NCBI GenBank assembly: GCA_030040575.1
Contig: JASHTK010000109.1
Coordinates: 1-49,018, forward strand
Origin: Gammaproteobacteria bacterium
GTDB taxonomy: Bacteria; Pseudomonadota; Gammaproteobacteria; Steroidobacterales; Steroidobacteraceae
DNA length: 49,018 bases
Direction: 5' to 3'
Shown here piece by piece: positions 29,445 to 40,600 of the stretch. A program made the translations under genes and the position numbers. The notes below the pieces were generated by a model, which did no database searches, was not told the origin of the DNA, and was given only the letters and a program-made list of their open reading frames with translations. Numbering within the stretch: the stretch's first letter is position 1; each line of letters starts with the position of its first letter.

Positions 29445-30689
29445 ATGAAGCGTTGGATCTGGGTACCGATCCTCATCGTGCTTGCGGGCGTCGTCGTGAC
29501 GTGGCGCGCGTTCACGATGAGCGTTCCCCATCGGCCGGACGTCGCGGCGACGCCGGAGACGGTCGCGCGCGGCGCGTACCTGGTGAGGGCGGCCGACTGC
29601 GTGAGCTGCCACACGGTGCCGGGCGGCACGCCCTTTGCGGGCGGCCGCGCCTTCGACCTCGGGCGCTTCGGCACGCTTTACTCGCCGAACATCACGCCGG
29701 ACCGGCAGACGGGCATCGGCAGCTGGAGCGACGATGACTTTCGCGCCGCGCTGCAGCTCGGCATCGGCAAGGGGGGCGTGCATCTTTATCCGGCCTTCCC
29801 GTATGCCTCCTTCACGTTGCTGAGCGACGCCGACGTGCTCGCCATCAAGGCCTACCTGTTCAGCCTTGCGCCCGTCCACTCGACGCCGCCCGCGGACGCC
29901 ATGCGGTTTCCGTTCAGCGAGCGTTTCCTCATGGCGTACTGGAGCTGGCTGTTCGACTCGAACCGCCGCTTCGCGCCCGATCGCACCCAGTCCGACGCAT
30001 GGAACCACGGCAAGTACCTCGTCGAGGCGCTCGGCCACTGCGGCGAATGCCACACCTCGCGCAACCTACTGCAGGCGGTCGAGCGGTCGAAAGCCTACGG
30101 CGGGGCCCTCACGCAGCAGTGGAAGGCCTACGACATCACCCCCGACCAGGCGGGCGGCATCGGCGGCTGGACGGATGACGATCTCGTCTCGTACCTGTCC
30201 ACCGGATTTGCGAAGGACCACGGCCCCGCCTCCGGCCCGATGGCGGAGGCCGTCTCGAACAGCCTGCGGTATCTGCCGCTCGAGGATATTCGCGCGATCG
30301 TGACCTACCTGCGCTCGCTCGAGCCGATTCCGAGCGTGGTGCCGGTCGAGGACGCCGCGCCGTCGACGGACGTCGCGAACCTCGAGTACGGACATCAGGT
30401 CTACGTGCGCGAGTGCGCCAACTGCCACCGCGCCGATGGGACGGGCACCCAAAGCCAGTACGAGGCGCTGCACGGCGCGGAGACGCTCGCCGATGCGCAG
30501 GCGATCAATCTCACGCAGGCCGTGCTCTACGGCTCCACGCTCGATACCGCGCAGGGCCATTTCTTCATGCCGCGCTTCGGCACGGGCCTCACGGACACGG
30601 ACCTCGCGGCCGTCATCGACTACGCGAGCCGCCAGCTCGGCGGCCACTCGGCGAACCTCACGCCGCAGGACATCGCCGCGCGGCGCTGA
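29445..30689 (+). CDS. Membrane-anchored tri-haem cytochrome c (alcohol/aldehyde/gluconate dehydrogenase cytochrome-c-subunit type)
   Basis: Three CxxCH motifs are present: CVSCH, CGECH and CANCH. The N-terminal anchor is WIWVPILIVLAGVVV. GSWSDDDFRAALQLGIGKGGVHLYPAFPY is typical of this subunit family. An alternative in-frame start lies at 29388. Confidence 0.85.
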   Translation: MKRWIWVPILIVLAGVVVTWRAFTMSVPHRPDVAATPETVARGAYLVRAADCVSCHTVPGGTPFAGGRAFDLGRFGTLYSPNITPDRQTGIGSWSDDDFRAALQLGIGKGGVHLYPAFPYASFTLLSDADVLAIKAYLFSLAPVHSTPPADAMRFPFSERFLMAYWSWLFDSNRRFAPDRTQSDAWNHGKYLVEALGHCGECHTSRNLLQAVERSKAYGGALTQQWKAYDITPDQAGGIGGWTDDDLVSYLSTGFAKDHGPASGPMAEAVSNSLRYLPLEDIRAIVTYLRSLEPIPSVVPVEDAAPSTDVANLEYGHQVYVRECANCHRADGTGTQSQYEALHGAETLADAQAINLTQAVLYGSTLDTAQGHFFMPRFGTGLTDTDLAAVIDYASRQLGGHSANLTPQDIAARR

Positions 30690-30796
30690 CGCCCTGGCCT
30701 TCCGCGGCCGCCCTCGGAGTGCCGGCACCTCGAGGTTCCTGGAACCTCGTGCGGCCTCCGGGGTAGCATCCCGCGCGGGTGTCGAGGAGAGGCGGG

Positions 30797-32389
30797 ATGT
30801 CCAGGCGGGGTTTTCTCAAGCAGGGTGCGGCTGCGCTGTCGGTCGCGGCCGCCGAGGCGTGGCTCCCGGCGCTCGCAGCCGAGACACGCCTCGGAGTGCG
30901 GCGGCTCGGAGCGCCCCAGCCGTTCGACTATGCGCGATTGAAGGGCGTCGCGCGCACGCTCGCCGCCGCCCCGTACCGTCCCGCGCCCGACCGGCTGCCG
31001 GCGGCCATCACGCGGCTCGACTGGGATCACTGGGAGGCGATTCGCTACCGCGAGGAGCGCTCGCTCTGGGCCGGGGAGGGGCTGCGCTACCAGATCCGCT
31101 TCGCCCATCTCGGCTTCAGCGTGCTCAAGCCCGTGCGGATGTACGCCGTCGAGAGCGGCGAGGCCCGCGAGATCGCGTACGACCCGGGGATGTGGGATTA
31201 CAGCGACGCCGGCATCAGCCCGCGCGAGCTGCCGGCGAGCCTCGGTTTCGGAGGCTTTCGCATCTTCTTTCACACCGACTGGATCCGCGACTGCGCCGTG
31301 TTCCAGGGCGCCTCGTACTTCCGCGCGGTGGACGGCGAGATGCAGTACGGGATGTCGCAGCGCGGGCTCGCCCTCGGCACGGGCTTGCCGGAGCGGGAGG
31401 AGTTTCCCGATTTCATCGCCTTTTACCTGGAGCGCCCGCAGCAGGACTCGAGCCTGCTCACGGTCTACGGCCTGCTCGATTCCCCGAGCGTGAGCGGAGC
31501 CTACCGGTTCATCATCACGGTCGCCGACACGCTCACCATGGACGTGGACGCGGCACTCTATCCGCGCAAGCCGATCGAGCGAATCGGCATCGCGCCGGGC
31601 ACCAGCATGTTCTTCGCCGGCAAGAGCGAGAAGGGCCTCTCCGAGGACTGGCGCCCCGAGATCCACGACTCCGACGGGCTGCAGATCTGGAACGGCACGG
31701 GCGAGTGGCTCTGGCGTCCGCTCGTCAATCCGAACGTCGTGCGCGTCAACAGCTTCGTCGATGAGAGCCCGCGCGGCTTCGGGCTCATGCAGCGGGAGCG
31801 CAGCTTCGCCGCCTACCAGGACGACAGCGTCTTCTACGAGAAGCGCCCGTCGGTCTGGGTGGAGCCGAGGGGCAACTGGGGCCGCGGGGCGGTGATGCTC
31901 GTCGAGATCCCGACTCGCGACGAGACGCTCGACAACGTCGTCGCGTTCTGGAATCCGGCGACCCAGCCCGAGCGCGGCGAGGAGCTGCTCTACGCCTATC
32001 GGCTCTCCTGGTGCCGCGACCCACCGGTGAGGCCCCCCCTCGCGACGACCGGCGCGACTCGCACCGGCATCGGAGGGGTGCTCGGCCAGCAGCGCACCTA
32101 TTTCTCGTGGCGCTTCGTGGTGGATTTCTTCGGCGGGGATCTGCAGATGCTCACGGACGCGGACCGCGTGGTTCCGGTGATCTCGGCGTCCCGCGGGCGC
32201 ATCGAGATCGCCTCGGCGCGCCCGCTGCGCCCGCTCGCGGGCTGGCGCGCGATGTTCGACCTCGTGCCGACCGACTCGAGCACGGAGCCGATCGATCTGA
32301 GACTGTACCTGTCGTTCGACGGCCAGCCGCTCACCGAGACCTGGATCTACCAGTACACCCCGCCCCCGCCCGCCGAGCGCCGATTCTGA
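30797..32389 (+). CDS. opgD: Periplasmic glucan biosynthesis protein, OpgD/OpgG (MdoD/MdoG) family, Tat-exported
   Basis: The twin-arginine signal is MSRRGFLKQGAAAL. Family blocks are PFDYARLKGVARTLAAAPY, WEAIRYREERSLW and FAHLGFSVLKPVRMY. Confidence 0.85.
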   Translation: MSRRGFLKQGAAALSVAAAEAWLPALAAETRLGVRRLGAPQPFDYARLKGVARTLAAAPYRPAPDRLPAAITRLDWDHWEAIRYREERSLWAGEGLRYQIRFAHLGFSVLKPVRMYAVESGEAREIAYDPGMWDYSDAGISPRELPASLGFGGFRIFFHTDWIRDCAVFQGASYFRAVDGEMQYGMSQRGLALGTGLPEREEFPDFIAFYLERPQQDSSLLTVYGLLDSPSVSGAYRFIITVADTLTMDVDAALYPRKPIERIGIAPGTSMFFAGKSEKGLSEDWRPEIHDSDGLQIWNGTGEWLWRPLVNPNVVRVNSFVDESPRGFGLMQRERSFAAYQDDSVFYEKRPSVWVEPRGNWGRGAVMLVEIPTRDETLDNVVAFWNPATQPERGEELLYAYRLSWCRDPPVRPPLATTGATRTGIGGVLGQQRTYFSWRFVVDFFGGDLQMLTDADRVVPVISASRGRIEIASARPLRPLAGWRAMFDLVPTDSSTEPIDLRLYLSFDGQPLTETWIYQYTPPPPAERRF

Positions 32390-32424
32390 GCGGCTGCGGG
32401 CCGCCCGGGCCTCGAGGCGCAGGC

Positions 32425-32445
32425 GGCTCGAGGCTCGAGGCTCGA
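32425..32445. repeat. Three tandem copies of GGCTCGA between convergent genes
   Basis: Read directly from the sequence. CTCGAG palindromes here and at 32410-32418 allow alternative hairpins. It is possibly a bidirectional terminator, but there is no T-run. Confidence 0.5.
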
Positions 32446-32456
32446 TGCGCCGGCGC

Positions 32457-33470
32457 TCAATGCACCGCTGCGGAGGGCTCCCAGCCGGTCTTCGAGTCGT
32501 ACGGCATCGTGAACCCCATGGCCTCGATCTCGTGGATCTTCCCGCCGCTCACCTTGAAGATGTGCGCGGCCGGCAGATCGAACGGCTTGAAGTTCATCGG
32601 AATCCGGTCGATGCCCGGCACTCCGACGATCTTCACGAACTTCTGCTTCATCGGCTGGCGGAACTGGGAGAGCCCAAAGACGAGCCCGTGCCGCACGTCC
32701 GCGATCCACACGCGCCGCGGCTCGATCCGCGTGATGTAGTCGAACGTGTGCGTGTCCATCTGCGCCGAGCAGCCGAGCGCGCCGAGCTTCGCCATCGGTC
32801 CGGCGGCCCCCGCTTGACTGATCGGCGTTTGCGCCGGACGCCTGTTCGAGGTCGTCTGCATGCCGTTCTCGTGGCGCACGCAGTCGTCCGCGAACGGCGC
32901 CGCATGGCCGTTGCCGGTCACGAGTGCCGTGTAATAGGAGTAGGCGATCTTCAGCATCGTCGCGCGCGGGCTGCGCTCGCTCGGCGGGACCACCGCGAGG
33001 AAGGCGGGACGCGGCGTCTCGAGGTTCTTCAGGGACGGCGCACGCAGGTTCCGGGCGATGAGATGCTCGATCTCCGTGATCTCGCCGTGGCGGACTTTCA
33101 GCCTCAAGGCAAGCTCGATCGGCTTGCCGTTCTCCTGCATCACGCCGAGGAAGCCGATCTGCTCGGCGACCGGATCGGGAACGTAGATCGCGAACGTCGT
33201 GGGCACCGCGCTCGCCGTCTGCCACAGTCCCTCTCCGGGCTTCAATCGCACCGTGTTCTCGACGAACCGGGCGTCCGCGGCGATCGGCACCTTCGAGGGA
33301 TCGTGGGCGACGAGCGCCGCGAGGTAGGAGTCGACCAGGCCCTTCAGGCAGGCGCTGTTGCAAGATGCCGTCGCGGCGTTTGCGCGGGCGCCGAGCGCCG
33401 CGCCGATCGCGAGGAAGGCCACCCCGAGCGCAGCCGGCAGGCTGCGTGTACCGGATCGTCGCATGTTCAT
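32457..33470 (-). CDS. Secreted hypothetical protein (337 aa)
   Basis: The signal peptide is SLPAALGVAFLAIGAALGARANA. The amino-acid composition is coding-like, and it is the longest ORF here. No family is recognised with confidence. Confidence 0.65.
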   Translation of the reverse strand: MNMRRSGTRSLPAALGVAFLAIGAALGARANAATASCNSACLKGLVDSYLAALVAHDPSKVPIAADARFVENTVRLKPGEGLWQTASAVPTTFAIYVPDPVAEQIGFLGVMQENGKPIELALRLKVRHGEITEIEHLIARNLRAPSLKNLETPRPAFLAVVPPSERSPRATMLKIAYSYYTALVTGNGHAAPFADDCVRHENGMQTTSNRRPAQTPISQAGAAGPMAKLGALGCSAQMDTHTFDYITRIEPRRVWIADVRHGLVFGLSQFRQPMKQKFVKIVGVPGIDRIPMNFKPFDLPAAHIFKVSGGKIHEIEAMGFTMPYDSKTGWEPSAAVH

Positions 33471-33626
33471 CCCCCCCGTAAGTCCTGCAGGCGGCAGGCT
33501 ACACGGACGGGGATGGGCCTTTCAAGCGGCGCGCCCGCAACACCCTGCGCGCGGCAACGCCCCGCGTGCGGCCACTCCCCGCACGCCGCCCCGAGGAGGT
33601 GGAGTCGCCGCGCGCCGCGGGGCAGA

Positions 33627-34532
33627 ATGCGCGCCATGCAGCTCGGCAAGCTCGGCGTCTGGGCGTTCACGGACACCCTGACGGCAGGGTCGGCGGCGGC
33701 GTTCGCCGCGCGTGCCGAGCGGTGGGGCTATTCTACCTTCTGGATTCCCGAGGCCTTCGGGCGCAATCCCTTTCCCTTCGCCGCCTGGCTCCTCGCCCGC
33801 ACGGACAAGCTCATCGTCGCGACCGGGATCGCGAGCATCTACGCGCGCGATCCCCTCGCGATGCGATCGGCGCAACTCGCGCTCGCCGAGCAGTCGGACG
33901 GGCGCTTCCTGCTCGGCCTCGGTGTCTCGCACGCTCACATGGTCGAGCGCGTGCGGGGGCACCTCTACGACCCGAAGCCGGTGAGCCGCATGCGCGCCTA
34001 CCTCGAGCAGATGGCCGAGGCGCCGTACCGGGCGCCGGCGCCGGCGGAGCGGCCGCCCATCGTGCTCGCGGCGCTCGGCCCGAGGATGCTCGAGCTCGCC
34101 GGCAGCATGGCGGACGGTGCGCACCCGTACTGCGTCACGCCGGAGCACACCGCGCAGGCGCGCCGCATCCTCGGTCCGGGCAAGTGGCTGTGCCCCGAGC
34201 AGAAGGTGCTGCTCGAGCGCGATCCGTCGAAGGCCCGGTCGATCGCTCGGCAAGCGCTCCGCCTGTATCTCGCCGCGCCCAATTACCTCAACAACTTCAA
34301 GCGGCTCGGCTTCGGCGACTCCGATCTGACGGACGGCGGCTCGGACCGGCTGATCGATGCGCTCGTCGCCTGGGGGGATCTCGAGGCGATCCGCAGGCGC
34401 ATCCGGGAGCACTGGGACGCCGGTGCGGACCACGTGTGCATCCAGGCGCTCAACCCCGACCCGGCCGAGGCGCGCGCGCCCGACGAGGCGCTCCTCGAGC
34501 GGCTCGGGCCGTGCGCTAGCGCGGCAGGATGA
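33627..34532 (+). CDS. Luciferase-like monooxygenase (LLM) class flavin/F420-dependent oxidoreductase
   Basis: Family motifs are MQLGKLGVWAF, GYSTFWIPEAFGRNPF, FLLGLGVSHAHMVE and LAALGPRMLELAG. The start is ATG 33627 or 33636. Confidence 0.8.
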   Translation: MRAMQLGKLGVWAFTDTLTAGSAAAFAARAERWGYSTFWIPEAFGRNPFPFAAWLLARTDKLIVATGIASIYARDPLAMRSAQLALAEQSDGRFLLGLGVSHAHMVERVRGHLYDPKPVSRMRAYLEQMAEAPYRAPAPAERPPIVLAALGPRMLELAGSMADGAHPYCVTPEHTAQARRILGPGKWLCPEQKVLLERDPSKARSIARQALRLYLAAPNYLNNFKRLGFGDSDLTDGGSDRLIDALVAWGDLEAIRRRIREHWDAGADHVCIQALNPDPAEARAPDEALLERLGPCASAAG

Positions 34533-35505
34533 GCTGCTTGCCGACGACGGCGCGATCGGCGAGCCGCTGAAGCGCGCGCCCCGTCTGCTCGAGGCCGAAG
34601 CGCCCGCCGACCTCGGCGGCGAAGGGCCTCGCGGCATGCAGCCGGAGGAGCCCCTCGATGACGGCCTCGACGGTCTCGGGCTGCTCCGCGAGGATGCCGC
34701 CGAAGCCGATCCCGATGACGGTGAGATTCTTGATCAGCAGGTATTCGGCCGGAGCCCGCGGGATCACGCCGCTCGCGAAGCCCACGACGAGCGTCCGGCC
34801 GCCGCGCGCGAGGCAGCGCAGGGATTCGTCGAAGAAGCGGCCGCCGACGGTATCGAGCACGAGGTCAACGCCCCGACCGTGCGTCAGGCGCGCGATGGCC
34901 TCGTGAAGGGCCTCGGCCTCGTAGTCGATGGCCTCGTGCGCCCCGTGGGCGCGGGCTGCGTCGAGCTTCTCGGGACGGCTCGCGGCCGCGATGACCCGAG
35001 CACCCAGCCGGCTCGCCACGTCAACGGCCGCGACGCCGACGCCGCCTCCGGCACCGCTCACGAGCACGGTCTCGCCGGGGCGGAGCCGGGCGCGCTCGAG
35101 CGCGAAGGCGGCCGTGCCGTGCGCCACCAGGAATTGCGCCGCAAGCTCGTCCGGCAAGCTCGGCGGAGCGCGGAAGGCCTGCTGTGCGGGCACGGCGACG
35201 TGCTCCGCGAAGCAGCCGGCGCCGAGGGGAGCGCCCATGACTCGATCGCCCGGACGCCACCGATCGACGCCGGCCCCGACGGCCGTCACGATGCCGCAGA
35301 ACTCGAGGCCCGGCACGAAGGGCAGCGGCGGCCTCACCTGGTAGCGTCCCGCCACCATCAGCAGATCGGCGAAGTTGACGCCGGCCGCGAGCACTCGCGC
35401 GAGGATCTCCCCCGGCCGCGGCGCGGGCTCCGGCCGCTCCTCGACGGTGATGCCCTCCGGGGAGCCGAAGGCTCGCACGACGGCTGCGCGCATGGCGCCG
35501 CTCAC
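34516..35505 (-). CDS. NADPH:quinone oxidoreductase / zeta-crystallin-type medium-chain dehydrogenase
   Basis: Family motifs are MRAAVVRAFG, AAGVNFADLLMVAGRY, PFVPGLEFCGIV and VLVSGAGGGVGVAAV. GTG 35505 overlaps the kinase stop by 4 nt, and ATG 35493 is an alternative start. Confidence 0.85.
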   Translation of the reverse strand: MSGAMRAAVVRAFGSPEGITVEERPEPAPRPGEILARVLAAGVNFADLLMVAGRYQVRPPLPFVPGLEFCGIVTAVGAGVDRWRPGDRVMGAPLGAGCFAEHVAVPAQQAFRAPPSLPDELAAQFLVAHGTAAFALERARLRPGETVLVSGAGGGVGVAAVDVASRLGARVIAAASRPEKLDAARAHGAHEAIDYEAEALHEAIARLTHGRGVDLVLDTVGGRFFDESLRCLARGGRTLVVGFASGVIPRAPAEYLLIKNLTVIGIGFGGILAEQPETVEAVIEGLLRLHAARPFAAEVGGRFGLEQTGRALQRLADRAVVGKQLILPR

Positions 35506-36932
35506 GCCTCTCCGACGGCTCCGGCCTGCTCGAGGCGCGGCCCGGGGTGCTGCTCGGGGAGCGGCTGCGGCGCGGCGCTCCCCTCGAGCGTCATCCGCGC
35601 GCGCAGCCCCGGATGGTTGTCCGCGAGCTCGAGCGAGCCGCCGTGCAGCTTGGCGATGGCCTCGACGAGGCTCAGCCCGAGTCCCATCCCCGGCGTCCCG
35701 CGGCTCGCATCGCCGCGGTAGAAGCGCTGCGTGACCTTCGGCTTCTCGGCGTCCGGGATGCCCGGGCCGTTGTCGGCGACGCTGAGGGTGACCGTGCCGT
35801 CCGGCCTGCGGATCGCCTCGACGGCGATGCGCCCGCCCTTGCCGACGTACTTGAGGGCATTGTCGACCAAGTTGTTGATCGCCTGCGCGAGCAGCACGCG
35901 ATCTCCGCGGACGAGGACCGGTCCGCCCTCGCGGAAGACGAAGCTGCGGTTCTCGAGCTCGGCGGCGGGCAGGTAGAACTCGACCGCCTTCGCGGCGAGG
36001 TCCGCCACGTCGACCTCGACGAAGCCCGACCGACGCGTGCCGGCGTCGATCTCCGCGAGCCGCAGCAGAGCGTTGAAGATGCGAATGACGTGGTCCACGT
36101 CCGAGACGGCAGCGTCGATCTCCTGGAACGTCTCCTCGGCGGCGGGACGCGTGAGGGAGAGCTCCTCGAGCCGCGAGCGCAGCTCCGCGAGCGGCGTGCG
36201 CAGATCGTGCGCGATGGAGTTCGAGACGTTCGCGACGCCGTGGACCAGCTGCTCGATCTGCTCGAGCAGGCGGTTGATGGTCTGGGAGAGGGTGTTGAGC
36301 TCGTCGCCGCTCGCGCGCACCGCGAGCCGGTGGCTCAAATCCCCCCGCATGATCGCCGCCACGGTCTGCTGGATGCCGTGGATGCGCGCGAGCAGCGCGC
36401 GGCGGATGAGGATGCCCCCGAGAAGCCCCGCGACCAGCAGGACCGCGACCGCCGCCGCAAGTCCGGACCAGAAGCGCCTCTCGATCGGAGCGAATCGCTC
36501 CACGTCCCGCCCGACGAGCAGGTTGTACCCGCCCGGCAGCGCGGTGCGCACGATCGACACCATGGTGCGCTCACCGCCCAAGTCGATCGGCACGGTGTAG
36601 TTGCCGGGCTCGCTCGGGATGCTGCCGGGCCAGGCCGGGAGATTCCCGGCGAGCGGGTGCAGGGAGCGGTCGGCGAGCAGCAAGATCCGCTCGCCGGCGA
36701 TCTGCAGGCCGACGCGCTCCTTGATGAAGGCGGAGAGCCCCGCGGGACCGCCGAGGCGGAACACCTCGGCGAAGCGCTGCGTATCCTCCTGCAGCAGCTC
36801 GATGCGGAAGTCCTCGACGGTCGCCTGCCAGGCATAGCGCAGGGGAGCGGCGAACAGGACGAGCGCCGCAAACCCGAGCAGCACGTACCCGGCTGCGAGC
36901 GTCACGGCAGAGGAGCGAATGACCCGGGCCAT
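35502..36932 (-). CDS. Sensor histidine kinase (2 TM + HAMP + HisKA + HATPase_c)
   Basis: The H-box is IAHDLRTPLAEL, the N-box is LVDNALKY, G1 is DNGPGIP and G2 is GMGLGLSLV. Confidence 0.88.
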   Translation of the reverse strand: MARVIRSSAVTLAAGYVLLGFAALVLFAAPLRYAWQATVEDFRIELLQEDTQRFAEVFRLGGPAGLSAFIKERVGLQIAGERILLLADRSLHPLAGNLPAWPGSIPSEPGNYTVPIDLGGERTMVSIVRTALPGGYNLLVGRDVERFAPIERRFWSGLAAAVAVLLVAGLLGGILIRRALLARIHGIQQTVAAIMRGDLSHRLAVRASGDELNTLSQTINRLLEQIEQLVHGVANVSNSIAHDLRTPLAELRSRLEELSLTRPAAEETFQEIDAAVSDVDHVIRIFNALLRLAEIDAGTRRSGFVEVDVADLAAKAVEFYLPAAELENRSFVFREGGPVLVRGDRVLLAQAINNLVDNALKYVGKGGRIAVEAIRRPDGTVTLSVADNGPGIPDAEKPKVTQRFYRGDASRGTPGMGLGLSLVEAIAKLHGGSLELADNHPGLRARMTLEGSAAPQPLPEQHPGPRLEQAGAVGEA

Positions 36933-36944
36933 CGGCTCGCCCGC

Positions 36945-37643
36945 TCAGCCGGCCGACGGCCGCGCCGGATCCGCGCTGATCATGTAGCCGGCGCTGCGGA
37001 CCGTTTTCACGAGTGGCCGCTCGAAGTCCGCGTCGATCTTCTGGCGCAGCTTGCTGATGTGCACGTCCACGATGTTGGTCTGCGGATCGAAGTGATAGTC
37101 CCACACGTTCTCGAGCAGCATGGTGCGCGTCACGACCTGGCCGGCGTGCCGCATGAGGTATTCGAGCAGCTTGAACTCGCGCGGCTGCAGCTGGATCGCG
37201 CGCGCGCCCCGGACGACCCGCCGCGAGAGCAGATCCATGCGCAGGTCGTCCACCTCGAGAGTGGTCTCGGCCGCGTCCTGGCGGCCGCGGCGATTCAAGG
37301 CGTCGAGCCGCGCGAGCAGCTCCCCGAACGCGAAGGGCTTGGTGAGATAGTCGTCCCCGCCGGCCCGCAGGCCGTTGATGCGCTCATCGACGTCGCCGAG
37401 CGCGCTCAGGATGAGGATCGGGGTGTGGTTCGCGGCCTTGCGCAGCGCCTCGATGATCGCGAGCCCGTCGATGTTGCCGGGCAGCATCCGGTCCATGATG
37501 ATCACGTCGTACCGCTCGCTCGCTGCGAGGAACAGGCCGTCCCGCCCGTTCGCCGCGTGGTCGGCCGTGTGGCCCGACTCCTTCAGGCCCTTGGTGATGA
37601 ACCGCACGACGCGTTCGTTGTCCTCGACGAGCAGGATCTTCAT
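36945..37643 (-). CDS. OmpR/PhoB-family response regulator
   Basis: The receiver domain reads MKILLVEDNE...DVIIMDRMLPG. The winged-helix C-terminus reads LQPREFKLLEYLM...VDVHISKLRQKID. Confidence 0.92.
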   Translation of the reverse strand: MKILLVEDNERVVRFITKGLKESGHTADHAANGRDGLFLAASERYDVIIMDRMLPGNIDGLAIIEALRKAANHTPILILSALGDVDERINGLRAGGDDYLTKPFAFGELLARLDALNRRGRQDAAETTLEVDDLRMDLLSRRVVRGARAIQLQPREFKLLEYLMRHAGQVVTRTMLLENVWDYHFDPQTNIVDVHISKLRQKIDADFERPLVKTVRSAGYMISADPARPSAG

Positions 37644-37656
37644 GGCGTGGCCCCCT

Positions 37657-40600
37657 TCAGGTCGCCCCCGGACCGGCGAGCGGCGCGGGAAGCGCCGCCT
37701 GCGCCGCCTGCGCCGCCGCTCCTTCGACGAGCGCGGGCTGCGGCTCCGCGCGGCCGAGGCCCGTGCGCCCCATCAGTCGGCTGTTGAGGCGGTCGAGGTA
37801 CAGGTAGATGACGGGCGTCGTGAACAGCGTGAGAGTCTGGCTGAGCAGCAGCCCGCCGACCATCGTGTAGCCGAGCGGCTGGCGCAGCTCCGATCCGGTC
37901 CCGCGGCCGAGCATCAGAGGCAGCGCGGCGAGCAGCGCCGACATCGTCGTCATCATGATCGGCCGGAAGCGCAGGATGCACGCCTTGCGGATCGAGGCGA
38001 TGGGCGGGAGGTGCTCCTCGCGCTCGGCCTGGATCGCGAAGTCCACCATCATGATGCCGTTCTTCTTGACGATGCCGATGAGCAGCAGGATCCCGACGAG
38101 CGCGATGACCGAGAGGTCGAAGTGGAAGGCCATCAGCATGAGCAGCGCGCCGACGCCCGCCGAGGGCAGCGTCGAGAGGATCGTGAGCGGGTGGATGTAG
38201 CTCTCGTAGAGCATCCCGAGAATGATGTACACGACGACGATCGCCGCGAGGATCAGGTACGGCTCGCTCTTGAGGGAGGCCTGGAACGCCTGGGCAGTGC
38301 CCTGGAACGTCGGGGTGATCGTGCCCGGCATGCGCAGCTCGGCGGCCGCCTTCTCGATGGCGTCGACCGCCTGGCCGAGCGCCGCGCCAGGGGCGAGATT
38401 GAACGACAGCGTGACGCTTGGCAGCTGGTCCTGGTGATTGATGGAGAGCACCGCCGAGTGCTGCGTGTCGTATCGCACCAGCGTCGAGAGTGGCACCATC
38501 TGCCCCGTGAGCGGCGATTTCACATAGAGCTTGTCGAGCGTGTTCGGATCCTGCTGCAGCTCGGGGGGCACTTCCAGGATGACGTGATAGGTGTTGAGCT
38601 GGGTGAAGTACTCCGTCACCTCCGCCTGACCGAACGCATCGTAGAGGGTCGCATCGATCTGCGAGGGCAGGATGCCGAAGCGCGAGGCCTGATCGCGATC
38701 GATGTCGACCTTCAGCTGCGTGCTGTTGGTTTGCTGGTCGGAGGCGACATCGCTCAGCTGCGGCAGCCTCTGCATGGCGGCGAGCATCCTCGGCGCCCAC
38801 GCGGAGAGCTCATCGAGATTGGCATCCTGCAGAGTGTACTGGTACTGGGTGCGTGCGGGACGGCCGCCCACGTTCACATCCTGCGCCGCCTGCAGGTACA
38901 GCGTCACCCCCGGGACCTTCGCGATCTCCCGGCGCAGCCGCGTGATGATCTGGTCGGCCGTCGCCGTGCGATCGTCGCGCGGCGTGAGGCCGATGATCGC
39001 GAAGCCATTGTTGAGCGGACGGCTTCCGCCGAGAAATGCGCCCCAGGTGGCGACGTCCGGATCGCGCCCGACGACGTCCATCACCTGCTGCTCGAGATGC
39101 TTCATGTGGCTGAAGGAGACGTCCTGGGAGGCATCCGTGACGCCCGTAATGATCCCCGTGTCCTGCTGCGGGAAGAAGCCCTTGGGCTCGATGACGTAGA
39201 GCACGCCGGCGAGCGCCACGGTGGCGAGGAACGCGCACAGCGTCGCGCGCTGGTGGCGCAGGACGAAATCGAGCCCGCGCTTGTACCGATCGAGCGCGCG
39301 CTCGAAGACCCGCTCGCTCGCCTGATACAGCCGGCCGTGACGCGCCTGCCGCTCATCGCGCAGGAACAGCGAGCACATGGTCGGCGACAAGGTGAGCGAG
39401 ACGAAGGCGGAGACCGCGATCGTGAGGGTCACGGTGATCGCAAACTCGCGGAACAGCCGCCCGACGATGCCGCTCATGAGGAGCAGCGGGATGAACACGG
39501 CCACGAGCGACAGGCTGATCGACATGATCGTGAAGCCGATCTCTCCGGCCCCCTTCAAAGCCGCCTCGCGCGGGGGCGTGCCGTCCTCGATGTGCCGGTA
39601 GATGTTCTCGAGCATGACGATCGCATCGTCCACCACGAATCCGACGGCGATGGTCAAGGCCATGAGCGAGAGATTGTCGAGGCTGTAGCCGAGCACGTAC
39701 ATGACCGCGGACGTGCCGAAGAGGGCAAGCGGCACGGTGATGCCTGGGATGACGGTCGCCCAGACGTTGCGCAGGAACAGGAAGATCACCGTGACGACGA
39801 GGCAGATCGTCAGCATCAGCGTGAACTCGACGTCATGCACCGAGGCGTTGATGGTGATCGTGCGATCGACGAGCTTGTCGACCCTCAGCGCAGGGGGTGC
39901 GGCCGCGAGCGCGCGCGGCAGCACCGCCTCGACGCGCCTCACCGTATCGATGACGTTGGCGCCCGCCTGCTTGTACACCTGCAGCAGCACGCCCGGCTTG
40001 CCGTTCTGGAACGCGGTCATCTGCACGTTCTCGGGCGCATCGATCGCGCGGCCGATGTCGCGGATCCGCACGGGGGCGCCGTTGCGGTAGGCGACGATCA
40101 CATCGTTCCAGGGCGCGGCGGAGAGCAGTTGATCGTTGTCGTAGATCGCAAAGTTGTGCAGCGTCCCGTCGATCGAGCCCTTCGGCGCATTGACGGTGGC
40201 GGTCGAGATTACGTCCGCTACGTCGGTGAGCTGAATGCCCATGTTCGCGATCTTCGCCGGATCGATCTGGATCCGGACCGAAGGCTTCTGCTGCCCGCCG
40301 AGGGCGACCTGCCCGACGCCCGGAACGCGCGACATCTGCTGCACGAGGATGTTCTCGGCGTAATCGTCCACCTCGGTGATGGGCAGCACGTCGGAGTGAA
40401 CGGCGTACATGAGGATCGGCTGGTCGGCCGGGTTCACCTTCTTGTACGACGGCGGGGAGGGCAGGTCCTTCGGCAGCTGTCCGGCCGCGGCGTCGATCGC
40501 CGATTGAATGTCCTGCGCGGCGGCGTCGATATTGCGATCGAGATCGAACTGCGCAACGATCTGGGTCGTGCCGAGCACGCTCGTCGAGGTGAGCTGCGTG

